Shown: positions 9,475-20,675 of the stretch, piece after piece
Numbering within the stretch: position 1 is the stretch's first letter
Layout: each line of letters begins with the position of its first letter
Assembly: GCA_002716765.1 (NCBI GenBank)
Contig: PBBY01000016.1
Span: 47,322 to 111,321, forward strand
DNA: 64,000 nt
Direction: 5' to 3'
Source: Candidatus Magasanikiibacteriota bacterium
Lineage (GTDB): Bacteria > Patescibacteriota > Patescibacteriia > Magasanikbacterales > UBA922
Translations under genes and position numbers: made by a program
The notes under the pieces: model-generated
Told to the model about the DNA's origin: nothing
Seen by the model: only the letters and a program-made list of their open reading frames with translations
Databases searched by the model: none

Positions 9475-10782
9475 TTAGTCTTCTATTCTTTGAATATCCA
9501 CTCCAATAGCTTGAAGTCGTGGAACTAAATTTATATACGCACGTTCTATTGGATAAATATTCCGTAATGTTGATTCACCTTTTGCTGCGATTACGGCAAC
9601 AAGCAGGGCCATTGATGGTCGGATTGCCGGCACACAAATAAGCTCATTTCCAACAAGGGTTGTTGGTCCCTCTACTAACAATCTATGAATATCGAGAAGC
9701 ATGGTTTTTGCCCCAAGTTTTTGAAACTCAAGCCCATATAATGCTCTATTTTCAAACGCCCAATCATGAATCAGTGTTTTTCCTTTTGCTTTTGTTGCTA
9801 TTGGAATAAAAAATGGAAGATTATCTAAATTAAGACCAGGAAATGGCCGTCCATAAATTTTGTCTGCTGATGCCGTCAATTTTGATGGAGTGATCTTAAT
9901 ATCCACCAGGTTTGTTTTGTTGTTTTTTGCTTTCCTTTTATTTTTGAGCGTAAATTTTTGCCCCATAACACGCAGCTTCTCTAGTTCCAGCTCTAAAAAT
10001 TCAATCGGGCAACCAGTAATAGTAAGTGAGGAATTGGTGGTAATAGCCAAAGAAATAAACGCCATAGCATCAATTGGATCTGGTGTAACACAATATTCTT
10101 CCACTGAATGAAGATTAGTCACTCCGGTTATGGTGAGTGTTGTAGTGCCAATACCAGAAATTTTTGCACCAGCAGCAACCAAAAAGTGGCACAAATCTTG
10201 TACCATATAATTTGCCGAAGCCATTTTAATAGTTGTCACTCCTTTTGCTAAAACTGCACCCATTATTGCGTTTTCGGTTGTGGTGTCACCAGATTCATAC
10301 ATAACAACATGAGCTGCTTTTAGCGGCCTATTCTTAACCTCGTAATATGAATCATGTGAAGTGGCGGAAACTCCGTATTTTTCTAGTGCAAAAAGATGCG
10401 GCGCGACACTTCGTTTTCCCAAATGACACCCACCAGTTTTGTATATTTTATATTGTTTTTCAAATTTTGCGAGCGCACCCAAAAAAAGTAAAGAAATCCG
10501 CATTGATGCACAGAGTTTTTTGTCTATGTTTTCTATGTTAAGTCTTTGGGGGATTTCAACATGCAATGTGGTATTATTTAGCCATTTGTGAATTACACCA
10601 ATACCTTCAAAAAGCTGTAACAATCTTAGTACTTCTGTGACACGATCTACATCTTTGAGCACCACAAAACCACCTCGAACCATAAGACTAGCACACAAAA
10701 TAGCAATAGTACCATTTTTCCCAGAACTCACCGCAATCGAGCCATGAAGTTTTTTTCCTCCTTTTACCGTAAAATATGCCAT
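9475..10782 (-). CDS. murA: UDP-N-acetylglucosamine 1-carboxyvinyltransferase
   Basis: 435 aa. MAYFTVKGGKKLHGSIAVSSGKNGTIAILCASLM.. aligns with the MurA N-terminus. The MurA/EPSP synthase fold is evident. Confidence 0.9.
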   Translation of the reverse strand: MAYFTVKGGKKLHGSIAVSSGKNGTIAILCASLMVRGGFVVLKDVDRVTEVLRLLQLFEGIGVIHKWLNNTTLHVEIPQRLNIENIDKKLCASMRISLLFLGALAKFEKQYKIYKTGGCHLGKRSVAPHLFALEKYGVSATSHDSYYEVKNRPLKAAHVVMYESGDTTTENAIMGAVLAKGVTTIKMASANYMVQDLCHFLVAAGAKISGIGTTTLTITGVTNLHSVEEYCVTPDPIDAMAFISLAITTNSSLTITGCPIEFLELELEKLRVMGQKFTLKNKRKAKNNKTNLVDIKITPSKLTASADKIYGRPFPGLNLDNLPFFIPIATKAKGKTLIHDWAFENRALYGLEFQKLGAKTMLLDIHRLLVEGPTTLVGNELICVPAIRPSMALLVAVIAAKGESTLRNIYPIERAYINLVPRLQAIGVDIQRIED

Positions 10783-10822
10783 AATATCTTGCTAAATTCA
10801 CCTAAATACGTTACTATTGTAC

Positions 10823-12190
10823 ATGAAAAGAGTCTATTTTGCAACAATTATGAAATACCCACCATATCCAATATCACACACCGCCAGACGAATAATTATG
10901 GCACTTCTTATAGTCTCTTTTTGTGTTTTATCCCCCATTATTGTATTATATACCGCTGGATATAGGTATGATTTTTCTACAAACCGCATACTCTCCAGAG
11001 GTTCAATAAGTGTTGATATAGACACAAAAGATATTACTGTTTTTATAAACAATAAACAAATTACCCAAAAACCACCAATCCGACTTTCTAATCTTGCACC
11101 AAATAGTACATATACTATCTCTATCCAAAAAGACGGGTATCATACATGGCAACACGATGTATTGGTCAAAAGTAATCAAACCACATATATTAAGGATATT
11201 TTTTTGATTAAAAAATCTACACCAACTAATATTACAAAAAATACTCGCCATATTTCGACGCTCTCTTTTTCTCCGTCCGGTGAGTATGTACTAAAAAAGA
11301 TTAAAAGAAAAAAAGATAATACCATCATATTCCTCCTTTACTCAATAACAAAAAAAGAAGATGTTCGCCTCTTGATACCAACAACACCTCAAACAATTGT
11401 TAGCTGGTCCCCGGATAATGACCATCTGCTTATTTATGAAAAAAATAAAGCATCACACATAACAATGATAGCGGCTCATGACCCACATACTCGCCATCTT
11501 TCTCCAACACCACTAAATCTACAAGAATTTCAATGGGGAGGGGTACAAAAAAACCCTACACTATTTATGCGAAGTGAAAACGATCTCTACTATTTTTCTG
11601 AGAATATTTTTACTCGCATTGCACTACAAGTTGAGCCTGTCTGGCATGTAGACAAAAACCAAGTAATTTGGGAGTATAACAAAGAAAATAGCTATATCAC
11701 CAAAAGGAAAAACACCACCAAAGAAAATGTCTTCTACTCACAAGACCCTATTACCACCATTGTTTCAATCAACAAAGACAGGATTATTGCCAAAAAACGC
11801 CAATCAATTTCTATTATAACCAGACCAAAGCAAAATCAAGCGGCTCAAGAAAATACAATAGCAGCACATCACACTTACTATAACAACAAGAAGAAGGAAT
11901 GGATTCTGTGGTCACCTTGGGAGCTATGGTCAGTATATCCGAACGGTAACACATCCCTTCTTAACAGAACAAGTGAACCAATCTCACTTGTTCGTGAGTT
12001 TGATTCTTATGGGGTTTTACTTCTTGGTTCAAAAAACACAGTATCGGTATTTAATCCGGGGTATTATATTACCAACAATATTATTAACATCGACACAATC
12101 GAAGATATGCGGATTAACAGGACAATGGAAAAAATATATATAATCGGCACACATAATAACACATATGGTGTTTTTGAATTCTCTTATTAA
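10823..12190 (+). CDS. Membrane-anchored PEGA-domain plus PD40/TolB-like beta-propeller protein
   Basis: N-terminal TM (ALLIVSFCVLSPIIVLY). PEGA-like segment (ISVDIDTKDITVFINNKQ..YTISIQKDGYHTWQHDVLV). Repeated SxSPxG/SWSPDNDHL PD40-like motifs. The start is ambiguous (TTG 10817 / ATG 10823). Confidence 0.5.
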   Translation: MKRVYFATIMKYPPYPISHTARRIIMALLIVSFCVLSPIIVLYTAGYRYDFSTNRILSRGSISVDIDTKDITVFINNKQITQKPPIRLSNLAPNSTYTISIQKDGYHTWQHDVLVKSNQTTYIKDIFLIKKSTPTNITKNTRHISTLSFSPSGEYVLKKIKRKKDNTIIFLLYSITKKEDVRLLIPTTPQTIVSWSPDNDHLLIYEKNKASHITMIAAHDPHTRHLSPTPLNLQEFQWGGVQKNPTLFMRSENDLYYFSENIFTRIALQVEPVWHVDKNQVIWEYNKENSYITKRKNTTKENVFYSQDPITTIVSINKDRIIAKKRQSISIITRPKQNQAAQENTIAAHHTYYNNKKKEWILWSPWELWSVYPNGNTSLLNRTSEPISLVREFDSYGVLLLGSKNTVSVFNPGYYITNNIINIDTIEDMRINRTMEKIYIIGTHNNTYGVFEFSY

Positions 12191-12230
12191 TAGCCAAAAA
12201 AAATACCGATAAGATGTCGGTATTTTTTTA

Positions 12231-14651
12231 TTATGCAACTATATTTACTAATTTTCCTGGAACATATATTACTTTTTTAATCACTTTTTCTGCTAGCCAT
12301 GGTACAATATGCGCATCTGTTTTGGCTGCCGCCGTAATATCCTCTTCCGATGAATCAGCATTAACAGTAATCGTTGCTCGCAACTTTCCATTAACTTGAA
12401 TAGCGATTGTCACCTCTTCTTCTTGCAAATATTCCTCTTTATAGGCAGGCCAAGATTCGTATACAATAGTGTTGATATTACCTAGATTTTGCCACATCTG
12501 TTCTGAAATATGTGGAGCAAAAGGAGAAAGAAGTAGTATAAATTTTTCAAAATATCTTTTTGGTATTGTGTCGAGTTTCTGAAACGTATGGGATAATTCC
12601 ATCATTTTTGCCACCGCCGTATTAAAACTCATTGATTCTATATCTTCACTTACTTTTTTAATCGTTTTATGTAACGCACTCTGTGCTTCAGGATTTTCTG
12701 GGGTAGAGTCAGAAACTTTAGTTTGTAATAACCAAATCCTATCTAAAAACCGCTTCACACCAACAAGCCCATTAGTGTCCCATTCGGCAACCTGATCAAA
12801 CGGTCCCATAAACATAATATAGGTACGCAATGTGTCTGCGCCAAACTCATGTATTATGTCATCTGGATTTACCACATTTCCTTTGCTTTTACTCATTTTT
12901 TCTCCTCCTTTTGCTAAAATCATTCCATGACTTGTGCGCTTTTTATACGGTTCTTTTGTGGGAACTAAATCAATGTCAAATAAAAATTGATGCCAAAAAC
13001 GAGAATACAGTAAATGTAATACCGTGTGCTCCATACCACCATTATACCAATCAACTGGTGACCAATATGTAAGTGATTCTCTTGAGGCAAGTTCGTTGTT
13101 ATTATTTGGATCACAATAGCGCAAAAAATACCAACTTGAACCTGCCCAGTTTGGCATGGTATCTGTTTCTCTTTTTGCCGGACCAGCACATGTTGGACAA
13201 GTGGTGTTTACCCAATCAGACATAGCAGCAAGTGGAGATTCGCCAGTATCGGTTGGTTCATATTTTTCTACATGCGGAAGCTTGACTGGCAACTGATCTT
13301 CTGGCACAGGAACCCAACCGCAATCTACGCAATGAATAAGTGGAATTGGCTCTCCCCAATAGCGCTGGCGAGAGAAAACCCAATCACGGAGCTTATAATT
13401 AATAACCTTTTTTCCCCAACCTTTTTCCTCTATGTAATCCATTATTTTTTGCGTAGCCTCATGAATGTCCAAACCATTAAGAAAGCCACTATTAATCATA
13501 GTGCCAGATTCTTCTTGAACTTGTTCTATTTTAGTAATAGGTGTTGTATCACCATTTTTATCGACAACAACTCGAATAATGTCAATGTCTTTTGCTTTGG
13601 CAAATGCGAAGTCTCTTTTGTCGTGACCCGGAACACCGACGACCGCACCAGTTCCAACATTTCCAAGAACATAGTCTGCTACCCAAATTGGTATTTTTTT
13701 ATTATTTAGACTATTTATACAATAGGATCCCGTAAATACTCCTGTCTTTTCTTTATCTTCTGCGGTACGCTCTATCTCCTTTGTTAGTTTTGCTTTTTTT
13801 ACATATTCATCAACTTCTTTTTTCTTATCACTTTTAGTAATTGTGGAAACCAATGGATGTTCTGGCCCAACAACAACAAAGGTGGCTCCAAAGTTTGTGT
13901 CAGGGCGTGTTGTAAAACATACCACATTCTCCTCACTTCCTTCGACTTTATATGTAATATTTACCCCCTCCTTTCTTCCAATCCAATGCTCCTGTTGCAC
14001 TTTTGCCCGTTTTATATAATCCACCTCTTTCAATCCTTCAAGTAAACTATCTGCATATTTTGTTATAGCAAGCATCCATTGCTCTTTATCTCGTTTTTCT
14101 ACTTCTCCACCACATCTTTCACAGTTTCCACCTACTATTTCTTCATTTGCTAAACCAATTTTACAACGTATACACCAATTAATCGGCTTATTTTTTTTAT
14201 AAGCCAAACCCCGCTCAAACAATTGTAAAAAAATCCATTGTGTCCACTTATAATACTGAGGATCAGTGGTGTCTACCGTACGAGACCAATCAAAACTATA
14301 CCCAAGCAATTGGAGCTGTCGTGTAAAATTCTCTATATTTTCTTTTGTTACCTCTGCTGGCGGTCTTCCTGTTTTAATCGCATAATTTTCTGTTGGTAAA
14401 CCAAATGCATCAAATCCCATTGGAAATAAGACATTATACCCCTGCATTCTTCGTTTTCGACAAATAATATCCATTGCTGTATAGGACCGAGGATGACCAA
14501 CATGGAGCCCAGATCCCGAGGGGTATGGAAATTCTACCAAACCATAAAATTTCTTTTTTTGTGCATCTTCTTTTACTACAAAAGTCTCCTGCTCTTTCCA
14601 GTAGTCTTGCCACTTTTTTTCTATATCTTTTGGATTATACGGCGTTTGCAT
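12231..14651 (-). CDS. leuS: Leucine--tRNA ligase
   Basis: FPYPSGSGLHVGHPRSYT (HIGH) and KMSKSKGNVV motifs. 806 aa. Confidence 0.95.
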   Translation of the reverse strand: MQTPYNPKDIEKKWQDYWKEQETFVVKEDAQKKKFYGLVEFPYPSGSGLHVGHPRSYTAMDIICRKRRMQGYNVLFPMGFDAFGLPTENYAIKTGRPPAEVTKENIENFTRQLQLLGYSFDWSRTVDTTDPQYYKWTQWIFLQLFERGLAYKKNKPINWCIRCKIGLANEEIVGGNCERCGGEVEKRDKEQWMLAITKYADSLLEGLKEVDYIKRAKVQQEHWIGRKEGVNITYKVEGSEENVVCFTTRPDTNFGATFVVVGPEHPLVSTITKSDKKKEVDEYVKKAKLTKEIERTAEDKEKTGVFTGSYCINSLNNKKIPIWVADYVLGNVGTGAVVGVPGHDKRDFAFAKAKDIDIIRVVVDKNGDTTPITKIEQVQEESGTMINSGFLNGLDIHEATQKIMDYIEEKGWGKKVINYKLRDWVFSRQRYWGEPIPLIHCVDCGWVPVPEDQLPVKLPHVEKYEPTDTGESPLAAMSDWVNTTCPTCAGPAKRETDTMPNWAGSSWYFLRYCDPNNNNELASRESLTYWSPVDWYNGGMEHTVLHLLYSRFWHQFLFDIDLVPTKEPYKKRTSHGMILAKGGEKMSKSKGNVVNPDDIIHEFGADTLRTYIMFMGPFDQVAEWDTNGLVGVKRFLDRIWLLQTKVSDSTPENPEAQSALHKTIKKVSEDIESMSFNTAVAKMMELSHTFQKLDTIPKRYFEKFILLLSPFAPHISEQMWQNLGNINTIVYESWPAYKEEYLQEEEVTIAIQVNGKLRATITVNADSSEEDITAAAKTDAHIVPWLAEKVIKKVIYVPGKLVNIVA

Positions 14652-14712
14652 AGGTGATACATGTTTAAATCTATGTATATATACTACAAAGAAATAGGTA
14701 AAAAATCAAGCA

Positions 14713-14740
14713 AAATAAAAAATCACCATATTGGGTGACT
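14713..14740 (-). terminator. Terminator downstream of gdhA (hairpin tcaccatattgggtga plus U-run on the minus strand)
   Basis: Inverted repeat plus A-run on the + strand (T-run on the coding strand). Confidence 0.5.
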
Positions 14741-14751
14741 TTCTACACTCC

Positions 14752-16023
14752 TTATGCTTTCATTTTTTCTGCAATCCTTTCTAAAGCCTCAATAAATGCA
14801 GCGGTTCTCATGGAAACACCATGATATTCTTTTTTATCCCACACAGCTTCAAACGCATCTATCATAATTTTTTCGAGTTTTTGCAACACCTCTCCTTCTG
14901 TCCAATGTTCATCTTTTACGTTTTGATCCCATTCAAAATAACTCACAGTTACTCCTCCGGCATTTGCCAATACATCTGGAACAATAGTTACCCCTTTTTC
15001 AAAAAGTATTTCGTCTGCTTCTGGTGTTGTTGGTCCATTAGCAAGTTCTACAATAGCTTTTGCCTTAATATTTACTGCATTTTCTTTTGTAATAACATTT
15101 TCAAGTGCGGCAGGAACCAAAATATCCACATCAAGTTCAAGTAATTCTTCATTTGTTATAACCTGACAATTTCCTTCTGTAAGAAGTTCTGATGGTGTAC
15201 AAACGCTCCCGACACAATATACACCAAGAACACCACCCTCTTTTTTAATCTTTTCTGCTACATTTGGATCCATACCATCTTTATTATAAACCCCACCCTT
15301 TGAATCACTAATAGCGACAATCTTATACCCTAAACCATATAGAATTTTTGCCATATGTGATCCAGCATTCCCAAATCCCTGAATAGCGACAGTAGTATTT
15401 TCTGGCGCTAGGTTTTGTTTTTTTGCCAAAGCAATAACACAATACACTCCACCTTGTGCAGTAGAAAAAGAACGCCCTTCCGAACCACCATCTTCTACTG
15501 GTTTTCCAGTAATAACTCCTGGATCACTGTGACCAACTAGTGATTCATATTCATTACGCATCCATCCCATAATTTGTGGTGTAGTGTATACATCTGGTGC
15601 AGGTATATCTTTATCCGAACCAATATTACGCCAAATTTTTTGCACGAACCCACGAGAAAGTCGTTCCAACTCACCTTCTGACAATTCCTTTGGATTAACG
15701 ATAACCCCCCCTTTTCCTCCTCCCATTGGAATATTAACCGTTGCACACTTTATTGTCATCCAAAAAGATAACGCCTTTACCTCATCAAGTGAAACGTTCC
15801 AATGATATCGAATTCCTCCTTTATACGGACCAAGCGCGTTATTGTATTGCGATCTAAAACCAATAAACACCCGGGTTTCACCACTATCCATAACAATAGG
15901 AATTGCCACCGTCAAAACCCGTTCTGGTTGTTTTAGTGTAGCATAAATACTCGTACTTAAATCCATAATTTTTGCCGCTTTTTCAAGCTGTGCCATTGCA
16001 TTATCAAAAGCATTTTGAGCCAT
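14752..16023 (-). CDS. gdhA: Glutamate dehydrogenase
   Basis: GGGKGG substrate-site motif and QGFGNAGS Rossmann motif. About 420 aa. Confidence 0.9.
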   Translation of the reverse strand: MAQNAFDNAMAQLEKAAKIMDLSTSIYATLKQPERVLTVAIPIVMDSGETRVFIGFRSQYNNALGPYKGGIRYHWNVSLDEVKALSFWMTIKCATVNIPMGGGKGGVIVNPKELSEGELERLSRGFVQKIWRNIGSDKDIPAPDVYTTPQIMGWMRNEYESLVGHSDPGVITGKPVEDGGSEGRSFSTAQGGVYCVIALAKKQNLAPENTTVAIQGFGNAGSHMAKILYGLGYKIVAISDSKGGVYNKDGMDPNVAEKIKKEGGVLGVYCVGSVCTPSELLTEGNCQVITNEELLELDVDILVPAALENVITKENAVNIKAKAIVELANGPTTPEADEILFEKGVTIVPDVLANAGGVTVSYFEWDQNVKDEHWTEGEVLQKLEKIMIDAFEAVWDKKEYHGVSMRTAAFIEALERIAEKMKA

Positions 16024-16079
16024 ATATATACGTTAAAAATAGTATTAAAAGTATACCAATTTGCTGTCATGGTTACAAA

Positions 16080-16111
16080 TAAAAAATACCGATTATTATC
16101 GATATTTTTTA
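16080..16111 (-). terminator. Terminator downstream of trxA (ataccgat-tatt-atcgatat, A/T runs either side)
   Basis: 8-bp stem with one mismatch, flanked by A-run and T-run. Confidence 0.5.
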
Positions 16112-16118
16112 TAGCGTA

Positions 16119-16442
16119 TTAGCTGTGTTTTTGAATAAATTCTTGTAATTGTTCTTTTTGCAAACTACCTGTAAGCCTTTCGACTTCTTTTCCTTCCTTA
16201 AATATAATAAATGTTGGAATACTTAGCACTTCACATTTTCCAGCAATAGCCTGACCTTCATCAACATTTATTTTAGCAATTTTTATTTTTGCTGAATCCA
16301 TTTCTTCTGCTAATTGTTGTATAATTGGCCCAACCATTTGACATGGTCCACACCACGGAGCCCAAAAATCTACCAAAACAGGAATGGGTGATTTTAAGAC
16401 TTCTGCATCAAAATTTTCTTCGCTTAATATGATTTCTGCCAT
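16119..16442 (-). CDS. trxA: Thioredoxin
   Basis: WAPWCGPCQ active site. 107 aa. Confidence 0.9.
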   Translation of the reverse strand: MAEIILSEENFDAEVLKSPIPVLVDFWAPWCGPCQMVGPIIQQLAEEMDSAKIKIAKINVDEGQAIAGKCEVLSIPTFIIFKEGKEVERLTGSLQKEQLQEFIQKHS

Positions 16443-16482
16443 ACAAATAATATATAAAATTAATTATTAATCTACTATTTTC

Positions 16483-17247
16483 TTATGCCGCCATCGTGTG
16501 CTCTTGATCACTAGAATCATCAGCCTCTTCCGAACCCTTACCATCCTCTTCTAAAGCATTTTTTTCTTTTCCGTATAAAAAGTTTATCTCAAAAGGATGC
16601 GAACGTGCCGTTGCTGTGCTTGCGCTGAGTGAAACCGTAAACCCTTTTTCTCCTAAACTTGACCCCGGATTATATGGTCGTGTATTAAACTGTATGTGCG
16701 GACCTCCTGAAACTTTTATCGTTTTTTGCAATAACGCCTTCATTGCTTCTGCGGAAGAAGTTGGAATAATATAATTACGCTCACCTTCCACCTTCTGTTC
16801 CTCGCTATGCACATTACCAAAATTTACATTTTTTGCCTCAAAAACATTACCATAGCCCGCACTATGAAATCTATAGAACACTACATGAAGTGCAGCGTTT
16901 ATGTGGTCATCTAATATATGCTCTTCTAAATCAGTTGCACTAGCACTTTCCATGTCTCTTACAGTTTCAGCTGCAAGGACTTCATCATCTTCATGTATTT
17001 TTACTTCTGTTGCCGATAAAAAACCAGGTTCTGTTATAAGACGAGCTTCTGCTTGTCCAACCTTAGCCCCTTGTGAATCTACCAATTCCACAAGATCAGC
17101 GCCAATTAGGTTTCGAGAAAGTTCAACTTGTGGCGATGGTTGTTTTTTACCCTGTTCATTTGAAACTATTTCTTTTTCTGAATCTGCTTCTTGGCCAGTT
17201 TCTGGTATTCTCGTATTTTCTGGCAGCTTCTCTGATGTGTTTGCCAT
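16483..17247 (-). CDS. Hypothetical acidic protein (relatively GC-rich)
   Basis: 254-aa ORF immediately downstream of infB on the same strand. Strongly acidic N-terminus. No recognisable motif. Confidence 0.4.
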   Translation of the reverse strand: MANTSEKLPENTRIPETGQEADSEKEIVSNEQGKKQPSPQVELSRNLIGADLVELVDSQGAKVGQAEARLITEPGFLSATEVKIHEDDEVLAAETVRDMESASATDLEEHILDDHINAALHVVFYRFHSAGYGNVFEAKNVNFGNVHSEEQKVEGERNYIIPTSSAEAMKALLQKTIKVSGGPHIQFNTRPYNPGSSLGEKGFTVSLSASTATARSHPFEINFLYGKEKNALEEDGKGSEEADDSSDQEHTMAA

Positions 17248-17268
17248 AAAATTAGGATTTAATAATGC

Positions 17269-19296
17269 TTAGTCAGAAAGTGTGCGAACTTTCTTTTCTT
17301 CTGTATATACTTCTAGTATATCACCAACCTCAATTTTTGTCTTTCCTTCAAATGTAATACCACATTCTGTACCACTTGGCACCTCTTTTCTTTTTTCTTG
17401 CCCCACTTGGCAGTGTGTAATTTTTCCAAGCCCAACTTCTTCTCCATCTCGCATAATGCGTGCTATACCATCTTTTACAATTTTTCCATCTTTTACCAAA
17501 CCACCAACAATCATTGATTTTTTTTCTGTTCTAAAAATAGCTTTTATTGTTAGTTTTCCATGATCCGTTCGTATAATTTCGTATTCCAAAAGTTTTTCTA
17601 ATTCTTGATTTATCCAATCAATTAAATCGTAGATAATGCTAAATTTATGAAATTGAATATTCTTTTCTCGTAATATTTCTTCGGCACTAATACTTGGTTT
17701 TACATTAAACCCTATTAATACACCATTTCCTGCATCTGCTTTTTGCACATCTTCTTCTGTTAAGTTTCCTAACCCTTTTCCAATAATTTTTACACCAACA
17801 GAAGCGTGCTGTATTTTGTCTAGCGACCCAATAATAGCCTCTAATGAACCTAACACATCTGCACGAAGAACAATGTTTAGTGTTTTCTTTTTTGCATCAT
17901 CTTCTGTTTCGTGTTGTGCTGTCTGAACCACGTATTGACGTTGCGCACCAGTTTGCTCTGTCTTTTTTTGTTTTACATCAATCTTTTTTGCACTGTCTTG
18001 GGTACGCAAGTCTAACACATCTCCCACTTCTGGCACCACTTTAAACCCAATAATCTGAGCTGGCGTGGATGGGCCCGCTTCTTGTATTCCTTTTCCATTG
18101 TAATCTTTCATTGCCCGAACTTTACCATATACTTCATTATTTACTACCAATGCGTCGCCTTTTTTTAAGGTTCCTGCTTGAACTAAGATTGTAGACACTG
18201 GCCCAATGTTTTTGTCTACATGAGATTCAATAATGGTTCCAACAGCTGGTATAGTTGGGTCAGCTTGAATAGCATCTTCTTGCATGTCTGTGACCAAAAG
18301 TAATACATCAAGGAGTTTGTCTATATGAAGTTTCTGTTTTGCTGAAATTTGTACCGTTGGCACATCCCCACCCCATTCTTCTGCAACAATATCAAACTGA
18401 GAAAGCTCTGTCATAACCCTTTTTACGTCGGCGCTTGCTTTGTCTATTTTATTTATCGCAACAACATGTGGTATTTTTGCTGCTTTTACAATTTGAATTA
18501 CTTCTTTTGTTTGCGGCTTAACCCCATCGTCTGCCGCAACTACAATAATGGCAATATCTGCCACCTTTGCACCACGACTTCTCATAACGGTAAACGCTTC
18601 GTGTCCTGGTGTATCTATAAATGTTAATGCTCGTTCTTTTTTTGTTTTTGGGTCTTTCCAAATGGTTTGATAAGCACCAATATGCTGTGTAATACCACCA
18701 GATTCCGTTGAGGTAATATCTGTTTTACGAATAGTATCTAATAGTGATGTTTTTCCATGATCAACATGACCCATAACTACCACAACTGGTGGACGAGATA
18801 CTGTATCTCTACTCTGCTCAAGTGCCGTTTCTAATACTTCTGATTTTTTCATTTCTTCTTCTAGGTCAACAGCTTTTTCCTGTTCTTTTTCTACTGCAAA
18901 TCCAAGCTCTTCTGCCAAAACAGCAGCCGTATCAAAGTCAATATCTTGGTTTTGGTTGGCCAAAATACCATTTTTCATAAGCTCTGTAATGGCCTGACTT
19001 ACTGGAATTTCTAGTTTTTCTGCAAAATCCCTAACAGAGATAAATTCCGGAAATGAAACACCAGCACCACTTTCTTGTCGCATTGCGCGTTCTTTTAATT
19101 TTTTTTCTTCTGCTTCTTTTCGTCTTTTTCTTTCTATGTCTTTTTTTATTTTTGGCCACGCACGCATAATTTGCTGTGCTACTTTGTTGTCGATTTTTAC
19201 CGCTTTCATTCCCACGTCAAAACCATACTCCGGAAGAATTTGAAGGAGTTCTTTTGGGTGAATTCGAAGTCTTCTGGCAAGCTGTGTTACATTCAT
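17269..19296 (-). CDS. infB: Translation initiation factor IF-2
   Basis: [21 protein letters not shown] and NKID GTPase motifs with the IF-2 C-terminal domains. Confidence 0.95.
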   Translation of the reverse strand: MNVTQLARRLRIHPKELLQILPEYGFDVGMKAVKIDNKVAQQIMRAWPKIKKDIERKRRKEAEEKKLKERAMRQESGAGVSFPEFISVRDFAEKLEIPVSQAITELMKNGILANQNQDIDFDTAAVLAEELGFAVEKEQEKAVDLEEEMKKSEVLETALEQSRDTVSRPPVVVVMGHVDHGKTSLLDTIRKTDITSTESGGITQHIGAYQTIWKDPKTKKERALTFIDTPGHEAFTVMRSRGAKVADIAIIVVAADDGVKPQTKEVIQIVKAAKIPHVVAINKIDKASADVKRVMTELSQFDIVAEEWGGDVPTVQISAKQKLHIDKLLDVLLLVTDMQEDAIQADPTIPAVGTIIESHVDKNIGPVSTILVQAGTLKKGDALVVNNEVYGKVRAMKDYNGKGIQEAGPSTPAQIIGFKVVPEVGDVLDLRTQDSAKKIDVKQKKTEQTGAQRQYVVQTAQHETEDDAKKKTLNIVLRADVLGSLEAIIGSLDKIQHASVGVKIIGKGLGNLTEEDVQKADAGNGVLIGFNVKPSISAEEILREKNIQFHKFSIIYDLIDWINQELEKLLEYEIIRTDHGKLTIKAIFRTEKKSMIVGGLVKDGKIVKDGIARIMRDGEEVGLGKITHCQVGQEKRKEVPSGTECGITFEGKTKIEVGDILEVYTEEKKVRTLSD

Positions 19297-19433
19297 AGTA
19301 CGATCTTTAGGGATTGGGTAAATAAAGTGATTGCATTATACCATAAATAGTACCAAGAGTCAATTATAACCAAAACACAAAAGAGGTGCTAAGCTCTTTA
19401 TGTTATATGTATTATTTTCCAAACTTTTCCTGA

Positions 19434-20051
19434 TTAAGGTTGTGTAGAAATAAACTGTATTAACGCAGACACGGTTCTTCCTTCTGCTATTTCTCCACTT
19501 TTACAAAGTTCTAGCACTTTTTCAAAACTATGCCATGCCGTGTCTTGATTGTGGTGCCCATCCTCTTCAACATACTCAATCTCATAATCAGTAACATCTT
19601 TTGCCAAAATATAGTACAAATCCCATTCAACAGTCGTACCGCAGACCATCCTTTTAAACACAGTCATCTCTTTTGCATCTAGACCCGCTTCTTCTTGAAA
19701 CTCTTTTCTGGCAGCGTTAATAACAACTTCTTCTGATATTTCCTTTGCTATGTATTGTTTATAGTCTTCAAACTTATCCACCACCTTTCCTCCGGGAAGT
19801 CGCCAATCAAATCGATTTTGCTCAAAACGAAACTCATGCTGCATGTAAATACTCTTATCTCGAACAGCAATAACTCTACAACCTGGTGCACGAACATATT
19901 TCTCAAAAATACGTTCTATATATCCTTGTCCTTGATCTTCTAAAACCGGAAACTCCATTAACGCGCCAATTTTAGCCTGACATAAAACTTTTGGGTCTCC
20001 TGGAAGGTGTTTCGGCTCTTCAGGTTTACGTTCACGAACAATTCTATTCAT
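19434..20051 (-). CDS. NUDIX hydrolase
   Basis: Nudix box LPGGKV..x..AARKEFQEEAGL. Confidence 0.7.
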   Translation of the reverse strand: MNRIVRERKPEEPKHLPGDPKVLCQAKIGALMEFPVLEDQGQGYIERIFEKYVRAPGCRVIAVRDKSIYMQHEFRFEQNRFDWRLPGGKVVDKFEDYKQYIAKEISEEVVINAARKEFQEEAGLDAKEMTVFKRMVCGTTVEWDLYYILAKDVTDYEIEYVEEDGHHNQDTAWHSFEKVLELCKSGEIAEGRTVSALIQFISTQP

Positions 20052-20064
20052 ATGTTAAATGATG

Positions 20065-20613
20065 TTATTTTTTTCCAAACTTTTCTGCGTACAATTTTAT
20101 TGATTTTTCAACAGCTTCTATTGCTTCTTTTTTTCCTTTAAATCCTTGAACAGTAACAGGATAATCATCCGGACTCTCTCCTTTTAAAGCTTTATACGTC
20201 TCGAAAAAGTGTGCGTATTCTCTCAATGAATGTGGGTTAACATCATCAAGGTCTTGAACATGCTCCCAACGACGGTCATCTACTGGTACTGCAATAATTT
20301 TAAAATCAGACTCACCAGTATCAATCATCTCCATTACCGCCACAGGCCGTACCGTTACTAACACACCTACTGCAAGAGGAAAACTAGAAAGTACAATAAC
20401 ATCAAGAGCATCATTATCATCCCAAAGTGTTTGGGGTGCAAAAGCATAGTCACAAGGATACGCTGCTGCGGTGTAGTTTGCACGATCAAGCGCAATTAAT
20501 CCTGTGTCTTTGTCGATTTCATATTTATTAGGAGATCCTTTTGGGATTTCAATAATACAATTAAATTCCTCTGGGGCCTTATTCCCGAGTGGAACATCAT
20601 GCCATAAATTCAT
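20065..20613 (-). CDS. ppa: Inorganic pyrophosphatase (family I)
   Basis: 182 aa. EIPKGSPNKYEIDKDTG, DALDVIVL and the Asp-rich metal site typical of family I PPases. Confidence 0.9.
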   Translation of the reverse strand: MNLWHDVPLGNKAPEEFNCIIEIPKGSPNKYEIDKDTGLIALDRANYTAAAYPCDYAFAPQTLWDDNDALDVIVLSSFPLAVGVLVTVRPVAVMEMIDTGESDFKIIAVPVDDRRWEHVQDLDDVNPHSLREYAHFFETYKALKGESPDDYPVTVQGFKGKKEAIEAVEKSIKLYAEKFGKK

Positions 20614-20675
20614 AAGAATAGAATATTAAAATTTATATATTTATAGTACTGCAAAAAGACAATAAAGGCAAGGTG

